Origin: Amoebidium appalachense
Taxonomy: Eukaryota > Protista > Ichthyosporea
Assembly: GCA_963693365.1 (NCBI GenBank)
Contig: CAVNZM010000015.1
Location: forward strand, 1,302,001-1,366,000
Direction of reading: 5' to 3'
DNA length: 64,000 nt
Shown here piece by piece: positions 1-15,489 of the stretch; the first letter of the stretch is position 1; every line of letters begins with the position of its first letter. A program made the position numbers and the translations under genes. A model generated the notes under the pieces. It did no database searches. It was not told the origin of the DNA and saw nothing but the letters and a program-made list of their open reading frames with translations.

Positions 1-200
1 ATTTAACTTAAGTCCCTATAAGATCGAAATTACGGGTTGCAACGATGGTGCGCCTTTAACCAATCGTCTTTTTATCTGTATTAATCGAATCACTAAGAAT
101 TATTTAAAACTATATTTGGTAATCTCGCGCTGAACTATCTTGCACCCAAACAAACTTTCGACGTTCCCGCATGTCCGGTTGGATCACAGGCTTGTGTCAC

Positions 201-2541
<2,341 letters not shown>

Positions 2542-2546
2542 GAAAG

Positions 2547-2580
<34 letters not shown>

Positions 2581-2759
2581 AACTGCCGATTGTGTTTTTC
2601 GTTTTTATCCCCCCCCCCCCCCCCCCCCAAAAAAAAAAAAAAAAAAAAAGACTCTTTGAGTATGTGTACCGTAGGGCAGGCTTGGGGTAGGGGGTGGGGT
2701 GGGGTGGGGGTTGGGGGAGATTGATATCAAGATAAATGTTAGAGGGAAAGAAAAAGGGA

Positions 2760-3490
<731 letters not shown>

Positions 3491-3650
3491 TTGTAACGAT
3501 TTAACAAACTCCAGGAGCACATTTATTTATCTCATTCATTATGACTTCTACATACATACTATATTTTGTGTATAAATAAGTAATTCTTCTGCAAGCAGGG
3601 TGGAGTTGGGTGGCCAAGGCATGCCGCCGCCGCTGGGGCAAGGTGTGTAA

Positions 3651-3770
3651 CCTGTTATGGTTAGCCACCTGCCAAATAAGGCGCGCAAAATGGCTAATTG
3701 TGATTGGTGAACCAGGATCACTTTTTTAACCCATGGTATGTAGAGTCCGCAGCTAAGATTACCAAAGGAT
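3651..3770 (+). promoter_or_regulatory. Upstream block shared by all three secreted-protein paralogues
   Basis: TTATGG-x-TA-x-CCACCT...TGATTGG (reverse CCAAT)...CCCATGGTATG...TCC-x-CAG-x-TAAGATTA recurs at about 9851-9960 and 18187-18302. May reflect duplication rather than function. Confidence 0.35.
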
Positions 3771-4113
3771 GCCACGACCAAGATTTTCCTATAGGAGCTA
3801 TTGTAGCACTCCTTTCACGGATTATTTATCGACAGACCAACACGCTGTTATCAGAGTTTCGGATACTTAGAGACACAGACGTCGGCATGCACATATGCCT
3901 GGGATGAAAAAATATCAAAACAATGGCATCGCATGACAAACCATTCTGATAAGATTTTTAAACCAAACAATCTTATTTGTGGAAAATAGAGGATAAAATC
4001 TCGCCACACTAAACAAACGCGTCTTTTTTTCACACATCGCACTGTCGCAAGTAGCACGTAGGGCACGTAACACGTAACTCCATCCATGCCACTCCATTTA
4101 CCGTAGTCGCACG

Positions 4114-5226
4114 ATGCTTCCGCGCCTTCTGGCGGTTTTCGCCGCCGTGATTGCGGGCACACAGACCGCGTCAGCGACCACGTGCAAAGACCAATGCGCC
4201 CTCCTGCAGAGCAAGCACCCCTGGGCGGACTGTGCGGCCCAGTGCACGTCCACGCCCAAGATGTGCGTCGGCATCTGCGGCTTTAACGTGGCTGGCCTGC
4301 AGGCCCGCGACAAGAACTTCAAGTTCACCCCCACCCAGGTCAGAGCAATCAAGCAGTGCACCTCCACCGCATGCAGCAGCAAGAAACACAAAGCATACTA
4401 TGGTAAGGCAGTGCCTATTTACCGCCCCGCACGCCGGAAGTCCCACTATCTATGGCCACGGGACGCCGATGCCTATGATGGTTATCTCGACAGGCCCCTC
4501 GTCGACCATAGTGCAGTTGCCAAGCATTTTGGGGAGGGTATTGCCATTATAGGCAAGGCCGTGGCGCGGCGCTCGGCTGAACTCGCTGAGGTCCGTGCGG
4601 CGGCGGTGGAAGGGGGCAAAACTGCGGGTGTCCGAAGAGACTCGTCTTATTATCCGTATGTGGGCGGCGGAACTGCCCTCCCCCCCCTGAACTCAAATTC
4701 TGTTCCCTACACTGGTGCCACCACGACTAACCCGGGCACCTACACTGGTGTTAACTCTGGCCTGCAGCCCTATCAGCCCTACACTGGTATTAACACTGGC
4801 CCGACGCCCTACACGAGTATTAACACTGGCCCGGCTCCTGATACTGGTGCCACCTCTAGCACACTCACTCGGAGAGCCACGAAGGCAGCTGCAGGCCTCT
4901 ATGGAGACGCTGCACTCTCTTCCTTGTTCCCCGACGTCATTTTCCCCTACGCTGGTATCAACACTGGCCCGGAACGCCCCATTGAGAGAACCCGTGTAAA
5001 TGGTCGCATCCCTCCCATGGACTACTACAGTGGTGCCATCATTGGTGTCGGGCCCATGCAGAGAGTCTCACCGGGAATCGATGATGATAACCTTCCGCAC
5101 CCCATCATAGGAACTGCCGCGGCGCTGCCTCTGAAGGCGCGCTATTATGGAGGGCGACGACATGGCAAGCGTCGCCTTCGCAAGAACCGCAATAATCTGG
5201 GCAAAAAGTCTGACGATGAATGGTAG
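4114..5226 (+). CDS. Secreted Cys-rich precursor-like protein, paralogue 1 (370 aa, intronless), unknown family
   Basis: Open GC-rich ORF without microsatellites. Signal peptide MLPRLLAVFAAVIAGTQTASA; 8-Cys module (CX3C x3, CX4C); basic Tyr-rich linker; PYTG(V/I)NTGP repeats; basic C-terminus ending DDEW. Close paralogues at 10310 and 18747. Confidence 0.85.
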   Translation: MLPRLLAVFAAVIAGTQTASATTCKDQCALLQSKHPWADCAAQCTSTPKMCVGICGFNVAGLQARDKNFKFTPTQVRAIKQCTSTACSSKKHKAYYGKAVPIYRPARRKSHYLWPRDADAYDGYLDRPLVDHSAVAKHFGEGIAIIGKAVARRSAELAEVRAAAVEGGKTAGVRRDSSYYPYVGGGTALPPLNSNSVPYTGATTTNPGTYTGVNSGLQPYQPYTGINTGPTPYTSINTGPAPDTGATSSTLTRRATKAAAGLYGDAALSSLFPDVIFPYAGINTGPERPIERTRVNGRIPPMDYYSGAIIGVGPMQRVSPGIDDDNLPHPIIGTAAALPLKARYYGGRRHGKRRLRKNRNNLGKKSDDEW

Positions 5227-5747
5227 TGGTTGTGGGGATAAAAAGAACACAAGCTACTTTTAAGGCCTTAAATTTACTGACCCACGGGAAGACCCGCGTG
5301 ATCACTCGAGGTGTTCTGTAGGTGCAGTTTCAGTTGAATTGTACCAGGCTGAATTTACGGACATAACTTGAAATTAAAAGTGGGTGACGAAGCGAATGGT
5401 TATATATGTCTAATTCGTCTATAATGTTTTGTTATAGTATTACATGTTTATGAGTTCCAAATATTTATCATGGTACCGTAATGTTCCTCCGCAAATTGGT
5501 GGGTTTCAAAGATGGTATAGTTGTCACATAGTATGGTATGGATGGTGCTTGTAAGTGGAAGAGCATTGCTATGAAATACAAGTGCCATGGACTCCTATGA
5601 CAATAGTTTTGGTAGTGAATCTAACAAAACCGTTTTCGCCACTGAAAGAGGCCACGGAAATTTCATTCACACATGTGCAGCTCCTGAGACTTTGTACACG
5701 TATTCGGGTCACGGTGTATGCACATAAACACGCACACACAGTCTGAT

Positions 5748-5788
<41 letters not shown>

Positions 5789-6429
5789 CACACACACCAT
5801 GACGCATGCACACACGTACGCACATCATTGGCAAAACACACACACACACACACATGCGCCCCGCACACGCGTGCACGTGCGCCCACACACACACACACAC
5901 ACACACAGACACACACACACAGACACATACACACACACACACACAGACACATACACACACACACACACACCGCACCCTGCACGGTAGCGTGCACACATGT
6001 GCTTGCGTGCGCACATGTGCGTGCGTGGGCACATACAAACACCGTGGCACACACAAACGTCTTTACAAACGTCTCCTCAAGAATAGCCTATCTGCTCATT
6101 TAGATTTACTAAACAAACCTACGTGCACTATTGCTATTATAACGGCCCCAGTCTGAATCGAAAGGGCCCTGGTCGACTTACGCCCACCCATCTTTGTGGT
6201 GCCGCGGCCCCGCTAACCCTCCCCAGAATTAAATCCCCCCTCCCCCTCCCCCCCCCCCCCCCCCCCGCTCCCCTCCTTCACCTGCGCAGAAAACCCTTTC
6301 CCATTCACACACACACAACAGCACATACCGGTTTCCACACATGCCACACACAAACACACACACACACACGTGAAGCATACACAAAAACACACAACACACA
6401 CACACACACATACACACGCACACACACAA

Positions 6430-6527
6430 ACACAATTTTCACACGTACATACTGCTTTGCACACTGAGCCGAACACCCACTTTCAACGGTTCAGTTTATT
6501 ACACACACACACACACACACACGTGCG

Positions 6528-6570
<43 letters not shown>

Positions 6571-6577
6571 ACACACG

Positions 6578-6630
<53 letters not shown>

Positions 6631-6647
6631 TTCACACGTACATACTG

Positions 6648-6702
<55 letters not shown>

Positions 6703-6803
6703 CAAACACAATTTTCACACGTACATATGGCTTTGCACACTGATCCGAACACCCACTTTCAACGGTTGTTTATTACACACACACACACACACACACGTGC
6801 GCG

Positions 6804-6850
<47 letters not shown>

Positions 6851-6930
6851 ACACACGCACACACACTTTTCACACGTACATACTGCTTTGCACACTGAGC
6901 CACACACCCACTTTCAACGGTTCAGTTTAA
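6430..6930. repeat. Higher-order tandem repeat: TTTTCACACGTACATA(C)TG(G)CTTTGCACAC unit x4 interleaved with (CA)n
   Basis: Unit at about 6435, 6628, 6711 and 6866; three copies are followed by CCACTTTCAACGGTT. Confidence 0.85.
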
Positions 6931-7089
6931 CACACACACACGGACACACACACACACACACACACACACATGCACACATACACACACGTGCGCGCACACA
7001 CACACACACACACGCACATACACACACACACAAACAAAAACATACACGCACAGACACACCACACACACACACGCACACACACTCCCACC

Positions 7090-7201
<112 letters not shown>

Positions 7202-7689
7202 AAAAAGAGGGGGGGGGGGGGAGAGGGGGGCCGCAGCTAAATATCACACAATAAATTAACGGTGGAAAAGGGATTCTGAAGCGTTTGTGAGGATTGACGA
7301 GGGCAAAATTTCTGGCCAACTTACACCTTCAAAAGACTCACTCACTCCACCTCCCCCCCCCCCCCCCCCCCCAAAAAAAAAGAAATAAAAAAAAATAAAA
7401 AAATAGCATTCTCACGCAAAGCTTTCTAACCAAATACACGGCGTTGAAAATGCATTGACAGTGAAAGCGAAACTGCAAATACGAATTGGAATACTATGGG
7501 AGCAAGTAACCAAGACACTGAATCAGGTAAATAATAAGGGACGCGAATTGCTGGCATGAATGCATCCGATAAGAAATACGAAAAACCATACATAAACGAC
7601 GAACGAGAACCAATTCACCCAAAATATAAAAGAATAAAGAGACATGGAGACAGGCCTAAGCGTAATCATGTGAACATCTTGCGTCAGCC

Positions 7690-7855
7690 AATTAGCAGCC
7701 ACCGATGCATCTAGCTGTCATTTCATTGGTTACGCTCGTGTGTGTTCTCCGGCCATCTGTATACGTAGAAATGCCGTTGCCAATGGTAGCACCAACTTGC
7801 CGGTAGGTGCGCATGATTTACGGCGAACCGCTGGAAGTAGCTCTGATTGCGGCAG
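7690..7855 (-). pseudogene. Duplicated dead copy of the ATAD5 terminal exon
   Basis: Aligns with 22493-22649: CRNQSYFQRFAVNHAHLP is identical, then a 1-nt frameshift, then GATIGNGISTYTDGRRTHTSVTNEMTARCIGGC*. Acceptor mutated cag>cgg. Confidence 0.85.
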
Positions 7856-8357
7856 CCGGAGGGAGACAACCTTGACGCAGTGACTTTTTTTTTTTCTCCC
7901 CTTATTTTTGGGGGCATGCATATATGGGGGGTGGTGGTCGTGCCGGGGGGGGGAGGGGGGGAGGGGGGGGGGAGGGGAGGGGCGGATGGGGATGAGGGCC
8001 GGGGGAGGGGAAGGGGAAGGGGGGGGGGGGGGGGGGAGGAGGGGGGAGGATGGGAAATGACCGGGATATAGGGGAGAGGGAAAGGACGGAAGAGAGGTGG
8101 GCAAGAGAGGGACAAGGAGAGGTGAGGGCGGGGAGGGGGGGGGAGGCGGGGGACCGGGAGCAGAAGATTGCGGCGGTAGAGAGGGGGGAGGGAGGGAGGG
8201 GGTGAGGGAGGGAGGGAGGGAGGGGGGAGCGACAGATATGGATGGGGCTGGGGGGTGAGAGAGAGGGAGAGAGGAGGGGGGAGGAGGTTGGGGGGGAAGG
8301 GGGAGAGAGATAAAGAGAGCCTCAAATAGGGCTCGAGTGAGACAGAGACAGAGAGAT

Positions 8358-8404
<47 letters not shown>

Positions 8405-8407
8405 AAT

Positions 8408-8449
<42 letters not shown>

Positions 8450-8539
8450 AGTGGAGAAAAGGGTCTCGAACACTGAAAGAGAAACGATGGGGAGTTTAGG
8501 GTGCCAAGGGGGGGGGGGGGGGGGTAGAAAGGAGAGATG

Positions 8540-8640
8540 GCAGGCGGGGTTTAGGTATGTTTAGGTATCAGTTCCGAACCCAAACCACGGCAACTTTTGA
8601 TTGGTCGTCGTTTCAGCCAACCACTTATTTGATTGGATAA
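8540..8640 (-). pseudogene. Degenerate fragment of the ATAD5 penultimate exon
   Basis: GCAGGCGGGGTTT...ACGGC...GATTGGT...TTTTGATTGGAT matches 23964-24052. Confidence 0.65.
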
Positions 8641-8772
8641 TCTGCATACTAAACATTCAAAGACTACAAAGCACAATTCTAACTATTTAATGAATCCCCC
8701 CCCCCCCCCCCCCCTATCACACACACACACACACTTTTACACCATCATCGCCTCCCCCCCACTAACCCCACT

Positions 8773-8805
<33 letters not shown>

Positions 8806-10309
8806 CCCCGCCGAGTCCCCCAAACTTATATGCATATGTACATGTACTGCGCCCTCCGGCCGGTGCCATATGATCGTGACGGTCAAGTAGACGCTGGCTA
8901 TTTCCTTTTGCTCTCCTTTTCCTCCCCTTCCCCCCCCTCCCCCCCCCCCCTCTCCCCCCGGGGCCCCTCCACCCCCCCCCCCCTCCCCCTTTGTTTGGTA
9001 AAAAGAAAACAATCAAACTGCTACACGTGAACCCCATCTTAACGGCCGGCGCTAGCCTGAGCATGCCACCTGTCGGTCGTTGGTCGTGGCGTGCACGGTG
9101 GCACTGCAGTGGCACAGGTGCACATCATGCCATTATTGGCAACTTGCCAATGTACCGCCAGAGATCTCGAGATTCGCCCGTGTGACGCGGGCGCCCATGG
9201 AGCCATCACCTCTAATATTTTGTATGTGTAGGTGCTGTGTACTCATAGACCAAGTTACCAGCACTATGTAGTTGAGTTTGGGAGACTATTGAGTTTGTGT
9301 TTGCCATTCAGTCACGGAGTTTCGAGGGCCGGGTCCGGAGGGTCGGGGTCCGTTCAGCCGCTGGGCGGAACACAGCTTTATCCTCTGGTATGCGATTGTG
9401 TGGACGCCTTGCCAGTGCCACCATGCAACTTGTTTTGCAGACACTGCAAAGCACACGTGCCCTTTCAGTTGGGCGTTCTAAAAGCATTTCAAGTTGGAGA
9501 ATGGCATTGTTTTTTTCAACGCCTAGGCATTATTAAGTTTAGAATAACGTGGTTGTTACAGTAAACAATACCTGTCTTTTTATTCATCCCTGTACATTTG
9601 TATATATATGTAGACCGGGTCCTGTAGATTCCTGTCGTGGCCCCACATTCCCGAGGTAACAACTTCACAAGGCTCTTCACAAGCTCATTTTATACCGATG
9701 TTACATTCACAAAAGATCATTTTTTCTGTCACTAATATATGTTACCTAAATGCTTATGTTCGAGTTTACTATCATCAGAAATTGGTTTGTAGAAAGAACA
9801 GTCCTGCAGGCATCATGCCAGTAACTGGCTGTTAAACTGTGATTACTACTAACCTTTTATGGTTAACCACCTACCAAATATAGCGCGTAGATAAAACCGA
9901 CTAATTATGATTGGTAATTTTTAGCCCATGGTATGCATGCAAATCCGCAGTTAAGATTACGTGCAATGACGACATTTGTTTTTATTGTTTGTTTTGCGGT
10001 ACATGTGCACCCCATTTTACCTATATTGCTTATCTTTTGAAGTTTGTGATTAAAAAAAGGAACACGCTATAATCGGATACTCTGAGTTCAGAACACAGAC
10101 GCCGAACTGTAAACACCGAAGCAAATTACTTTATTCCTGACACAGAGTTGGAAGATTTTCGACCAAAACAATCTTACTTGTGGACAAATGGGTTTATAAG
10201 CTCGAAACATCAAACAATCTGTTCATTTGACCATTCAGATCGCAACACAAACAATCACGGTCGACCTCCAACACCACTTTACACAGGTTGCCTAACACTT
10301 ACCCGCACG

Positions 10310-11590
10310 ATGCTTCCGCGCCTTCTGGCGGTTTTCGCCGCCGTGCTTGCGGGCACACAGACCGCATCAGCCACCACGTGCAAAGACCAATGCGCCCTCC
10401 TGCAGAGTAAACAGCCCTGGCCGGACTGTGCGGCCCAGTGCACGTCCACGCCCAAGATGTGCGTCGGTATCTGCGGCTTCAACGTGGCTGGCCTGCAGGC
10501 CCGCGACAAGAACTTCAAGTTCACCCGCTCCCAGGTCGGAGCAATCAAGCAGTGTACCTCCACCGCGTGCAACTTCAAGAAGCCCAAAGCCTACTATGGA
10601 AAGGCAGCGCCTATTTACCGCCCCGCCCGCCGTAAGTCCTACTATGCGGAGCCGCGGGCCCGGTATGATGCAGCTGCCAAGCAGTTTGGGGAGGGCATTG
10701 CAGCCATCATCGGTATCATAGGCGAGGCAATAATGGGCGGGGCTGAAGTTGCCGAGGTCGGTGCGGTGGCGGCAGAGGGGGCCGAGATGGCCGGTGAGGT
10801 GAGTGAGATCGCCGGTGAGGTGGGCGGCCTTACCGAGGGCGGGGCCGAGGGCTTCGTTGATTCAGCAGAGGGTTTGCGTCCGGGCGAAGCTGGCCTAGAG
10901 AATGGTGCATCTGAGATGGGGGCCAGGGACGTCCAAGAAATCACAATGGAGGAATTGGCCCGCGGTGGCAGCCCCCAGGAGATATCGGAGCGCATAGCAA
11001 ACCGCATGGCTGGGGAGATTTCGGGTGATGTTCCGGGTCTTGAAGAAGAATCGGGCTCCATAATATCAGAAGGGGAACGACCCGCCGAAGTGGGAGCGGA
11101 CTCCGGCTGGTATGAGCCCAGGGATATTCAATCCGTCATGCAGGAGGCAATGGCCGAGGGAGGGTCACCCCAAGAAATAACGCAGCGTATAACGGAACGG
11201 ATGACAGAAATCGCACAAGAGGCGGCACAGCCTAGGTTCGGCGCGGCTGGCGTCGGTGGTAAAAATCTCAACTGGGACGATATGGGTGTAGTTATTACGG
11301 GCCCTCCCTCCATCTCGAGTAATACTCTTCCCTACGGCATCGGCCCTGTTCTCCCCCCCCGGGACTCCATTGTTCCCTACACTGGTGTTAACACTGGCCC
11401 GGGGCCCATCGAAAGAACCTCGGGAGTCGATGAAGATGAATTTCCGTACGTCGAGCCAATCATAGGAACTGCGATTCCTCCAAAGGCGCGTTATGGTGAT
11501 GAAGGTCAACGACAGAACAATGCAAAGTTTCAGCGCCGACTTCGCAAGAACCGTAACAATCTGCATAAGAAATATGAGGATGAGTGGTAG
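10310..11590 (+). CDS. Secreted Cys-rich precursor-like protein, paralogue 2 (426 aa, intronless)
   Basis: True start ATG at 10310, matching paralogue 1 (the TTG-start extension in the track is not supported). Same signal peptide and 8-Cys module; acidic Gly/Ala/Glu-rich middle with two GGSPQEI repeats; C-terminus RRLRKNRNNLHKKYEDEW. Confidence 0.88.
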   Translation: MLPRLLAVFAAVLAGTQTASATTCKDQCALLQSKQPWPDCAAQCTSTPKMCVGICGFNVAGLQARDKNFKFTRSQVGAIKQCTSTACNFKKPKAYYGKAAPIYRPARRKSYYAEPRARYDAAAKQFGEGIAAIIGIIGEAIMGGAEVAEVGAVAAEGAEMAGEVSEIAGEVGGLTEGGAEGFVDSAEGLRPGEAGLENGASEMGARDVQEITMEELARGGSPQEISERIANRMAGEISGDVPGLEEESGSIISEGERPAEVGADSGWYEPRDIQSVMQEAMAEGGSPQEITQRITERMTEIAQEAAQPRFGAAGVGGKNLNWDDMGVVITGPPSISSNTLPYGIGPVLPPRDSIVPYTGVNTGPGPIERTSGVDEDEFPYVEPIIGTAIPPKARYGDEGQRQNNAKFQRRLRKNRNNLHKKYEDEW

Positions 11591-11922
11591 GGTGTAAAAA
11601 TGATTATCTTCACTATAACTAAGTATATCATATGTAACCTATTCCGGTGTCCATAGTGTTCTTTTTGTCGCAAATTCGATTCCAAGTAGGCGATGTATGA
11701 GCAACATTTTTTTTGAAGGCAGTGGGATCACGTATCATTACTTGGTTGATTAGAAGTGATCAATTATGTGCGGCCCACGGAGCCTTAATAAAGGAAGGTG
11801 CGTGAATCTAATAATAACAAAATTGTGTGACTCAAGGCTGTGAAGGTTCAATTTCACATGTGCCGCTCGTAATACATGACACACCATTAGTGTCCGGGCT
11901 TTAAGTTTAAAGGATGGTATGC

Positions 11923-11987
<65 letters not shown>

Positions 11988-12006
11988 CCCCACACACAAA
12001 CAACAC

Positions 12007-12056
<50 letters not shown>

Positions 12057-12237
12057 ACACACACACCTACACTCATGAGTCTTCTCTGCTCATTTGAATA
12101 TAAACAAATCAAGGCTTTACGTGCCTGATCGATTCATAAAGGTGTACATGTGAAATCAGAATTGAAAGTTCCCTGATCGATTACGTCCACCAATCTTTAT
12201 AGTGCCGCGGCACCTCTAACCCTCCCCCTTGGAGCTG

Positions 12238-12275
<38 letters not shown>

Positions 12276-12388
12276 CCCTCCCGCCTTCCCCCCTCCCCTC
12301 CCCCCCTCCCCTCTTGGCGCCCCGCCGAAAACTCTATCCCAGCTGAACACACAACCCACACCACAGCACCGTGATGCCGAATCGGATG

Positions 12389-12449
<61 letters not shown>

Positions 12450-12451
<2 letters not shown>

Positions 12452-12626
12452 GTGACACACACACACACACACACACACACACGCCTACACACGCACACAC
12501 ACACACAAACGCACACACACACACACACACACACGCATACACAAACACACACACACCCATTAAATTAGTCACAAACAGAAACACAATCGCCCCCATGAAA
12601 GCGCACGCGCACACACACGCACACAT

Positions 12627-12673
<47 letters not shown>

Positions 12674-12851
12674 GTGACACACACACACACACACACACAC
12701 ACACGCCTACACACGCACACACACACACAAACGCCCACACACACACACACACACACGCATACACAAACACACACACACCCATTAAATTAGTCACAAACAG
12801 AAACACAATCGCCCCCATGAAAGCGCGCGCACACACACACGCACACATACG

Positions 12852-12892
<41 letters not shown>

Positions 12893-12935
12893 TTTTAGGC
12901 ACAAACAGAAACACAAACGCCCCCATGCAGGCGTG
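12450..12935. repeat. ~220 bp tandem duplication built on (CA)n
   Basis: CCATTAAATTAGTCACAAACAGAAACACAATCGCCCCCATGAAAGCGC at about 12557 and 12779; partial third copy near 12900. Confidence 0.85.
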
Positions 12936-12972
12936 TGCACACAAACACACACACACACATACCCACAAACAC

Positions 12973-13027
<55 letters not shown>

Positions 13028-13114
13028 TTTCACGTCTACATACTGGCAGCTTTGCCCAGTGTCACACGCACTTGAGCGCGGGCACACACAGGCATACACG
13101 TGGAACACCGCGCG

Positions 13115-13194
<80 letters not shown>

Positions 13195-13465
13195 CACACC
13201 CACACCCACACCAACACACCCACCCACCCACCCACGCAGGCCCACACATGCACACCCACACACCTACACACACACACACACACACACACACTCTCTCTCT
13301 CTCTCTCTCTCTCACACACACGCGCGCACACACACACACGCACACACACATCCACGCCCACCCACCCACACACACCCTCTCTCCCTCCCTCGACACACAC
13401 CTCCCTCCCTCCCTCCCTCCCTCTCTCTCTCTCCCCCCCCCATCCCCCCCCCCCCCCCCCCCCCT

Positions 13466-13539
<74 letters not shown>

Positions 13540-14034
13540 CCCCCCCCCCCCCCTCCCCCTTCTCTATCACATAATAAGGAGTGTTGCAGCCAAACATCAC
13601 AGTGACTTGATGAATCAAACGTGGAGACAGGGTTCTAAGGTGTTAATGTAGATTTACGAAAGCAAAATTTCTGGCCAAATTACACCTGCGAGTGACGGGC
13701 CCCACTACCACCACACACACAGAGAGAAATTTTCTATCCAATATTCAAGTCTTAAGCTTAATTAATGCATTGGTAGTCAAACGGACACTGAAAGGAAGAT
13801 TTAGAATCATGGGGGAAAAAAAAAGACTCATGACCGAGGAAACAAGGGAAGCTATGCTCATGCATCCAAAAAAGGAAAGGAAAAAGCGAAAAAATCAAAA
13901 TCGAAACCAAATCTCTCAAAGAGCGAGAGACAAAACAAAGAAAAACGACAAATGAAAACCAAATCACCCCCAGAGTAAACAGACGAAAAAAGCACCAAGC
14001 GCGATCTGTGCATGCACATCTTGAGCCCACCTTA

Positions 14035-14370
<336 letters not shown>

Positions 14371-14522
14371 TATCATTGACCCTGCAGTCGATCGCGGAGA
14401 CTGCACCGTGACTACAAATATTTTCGTTCTATAAGGCTAGATTTGCCCCCCCCCCCCCCCCCCCCCCTCCAATACCTCCCCCCCCCCACGGGCATCCCCC
14501 CCCCTCCCCCCTCTCCCTCCCT

Positions 14523-14626
<104 letters not shown>

Positions 14627-14670
14627 ACATACACAACACACGCCGTCACGCACACAGTGTCACGCGCGCG

Positions 14671-14723
<53 letters not shown>

Positions 14724-14824
14724 TTGCTGTACACGTGTATACGTAGATGCATGGCAAGTGTAGTTTGTGTCTGTTTGTGTTTAGCTTTGTGTTCGTGTGT
14801 GCTCTTTTTCTTCTTTCCCCCTCT

Positions 14825-14894
<70 letters not shown>

Positions 14895-15220
14895 TCTTCT
14901 TTCGTGTGATCGTGTGCACAGATATTAGTGTAGATCTGTGTACACGGCTGGGCCACCTGGCCCCGTAGATCTGGTCCTTAGATATTTGTGATAAAAGTGA
15001 ACGAGCAGACATATCTTGGAATTCGAGTGAATGTCTCGTTTGCATTGTTTGTCTTATCTTGTTTGCCTTAGCTGATTGGTTCTGTGTTGTGTCATGCCGT
15101 GTGATACGTGCCAGGTTTGTCTGTCTCACGTGTCACGTGTCTGTGGTTTTCAAGCGGGAGGAGGCAGCGATGACAGACGAAGATCCACCGAGTGGCATTG
15201 CGGTGAGGTGATTGGTTATT

Positions 15221-15299
15221 TGTCATGCATTAGTTGTGTTGGATTGCTGGTTTCCTTCTGTTTACAAGACAGATGCTTTACCATTAAGCTACACGTAAC
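15221..15299 (-). pseudogene. trnT-UGU: tRNA-Thr(TGT)-like, T-arm degenerate
   Basis: Minus strand: TA GCTT AATGGTA AAGC A TCTGT CT-TGT-AA ACAGA. D arm and anticodon arm pair perfectly; T arm is unrecognisable. Confidence 0.65.
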
Positions 15300-15313
15300 A
15301 CTAGCCATATATA

Positions 15314-15387
15314 AGTTGATAGTAGGACTTCAACCTACAACCAGTGCATTAGAAGTGTACTGCTCTATCCTATTGAGCTATATCAAT
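15314..15387 (-). tRNA. trnR-UCU: tRNA-Arg(TCT), slightly degenerate
   Basis: ATTGATA TA GCTC AATAGGATA GAGC A GTACA CT-TCT-AA TGCAC TGGTT GTAGG TTGAAGT CCTAC TATCAAC. Full cloverleaf with two stem mismatches, T-loop TTG instead of TTC, no encoded CCA. Confidence 0.8.
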
Positions 15388-15401
15388 TACCTTTGGTGTA
15401 A

Positions 15402-15474
15402 TAGGGATTGCAGGACTTGAACCTACAGCCGTAATCTTATAAGGAGTATGCTCTACCAATTAAGTTAAATACCT
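15402..15474 (-). tRNA. trnI-UAU: tRNA-Ile(TAT), intronless, slightly degenerate
   Basis: AGGTATT TA ACTT AATTGGTA GAGC A TACTC CT-TAT-AA GATTA CGGCT GTAGG TTCAAGT CCTGC AATCCCT A. Canonical T-loop; single mismatches in the acceptor, D and anticodon stems. Confidence 0.8.
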
Positions 15475-15489
15475 CTATCCTATTCGCAC

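Noticed and set aside
5212-5226. C-terminal DDEW/EDEW as an ER-retention signal
   Set aside because: Resembles xDEL but a terminal Trp is not a variant I can support; conserved tail noted only.
6430-6930. Repeat-spacer pattern resembling CRISPR
   Set aside because: Spacers are (CA)n of irregular length plus repeated sequence.
10148-10309. 54-aa N-terminal extension of paralogue 2
   Set aside because: TTG start, not conserved in the other paralogues, and it would mask the signal peptide.
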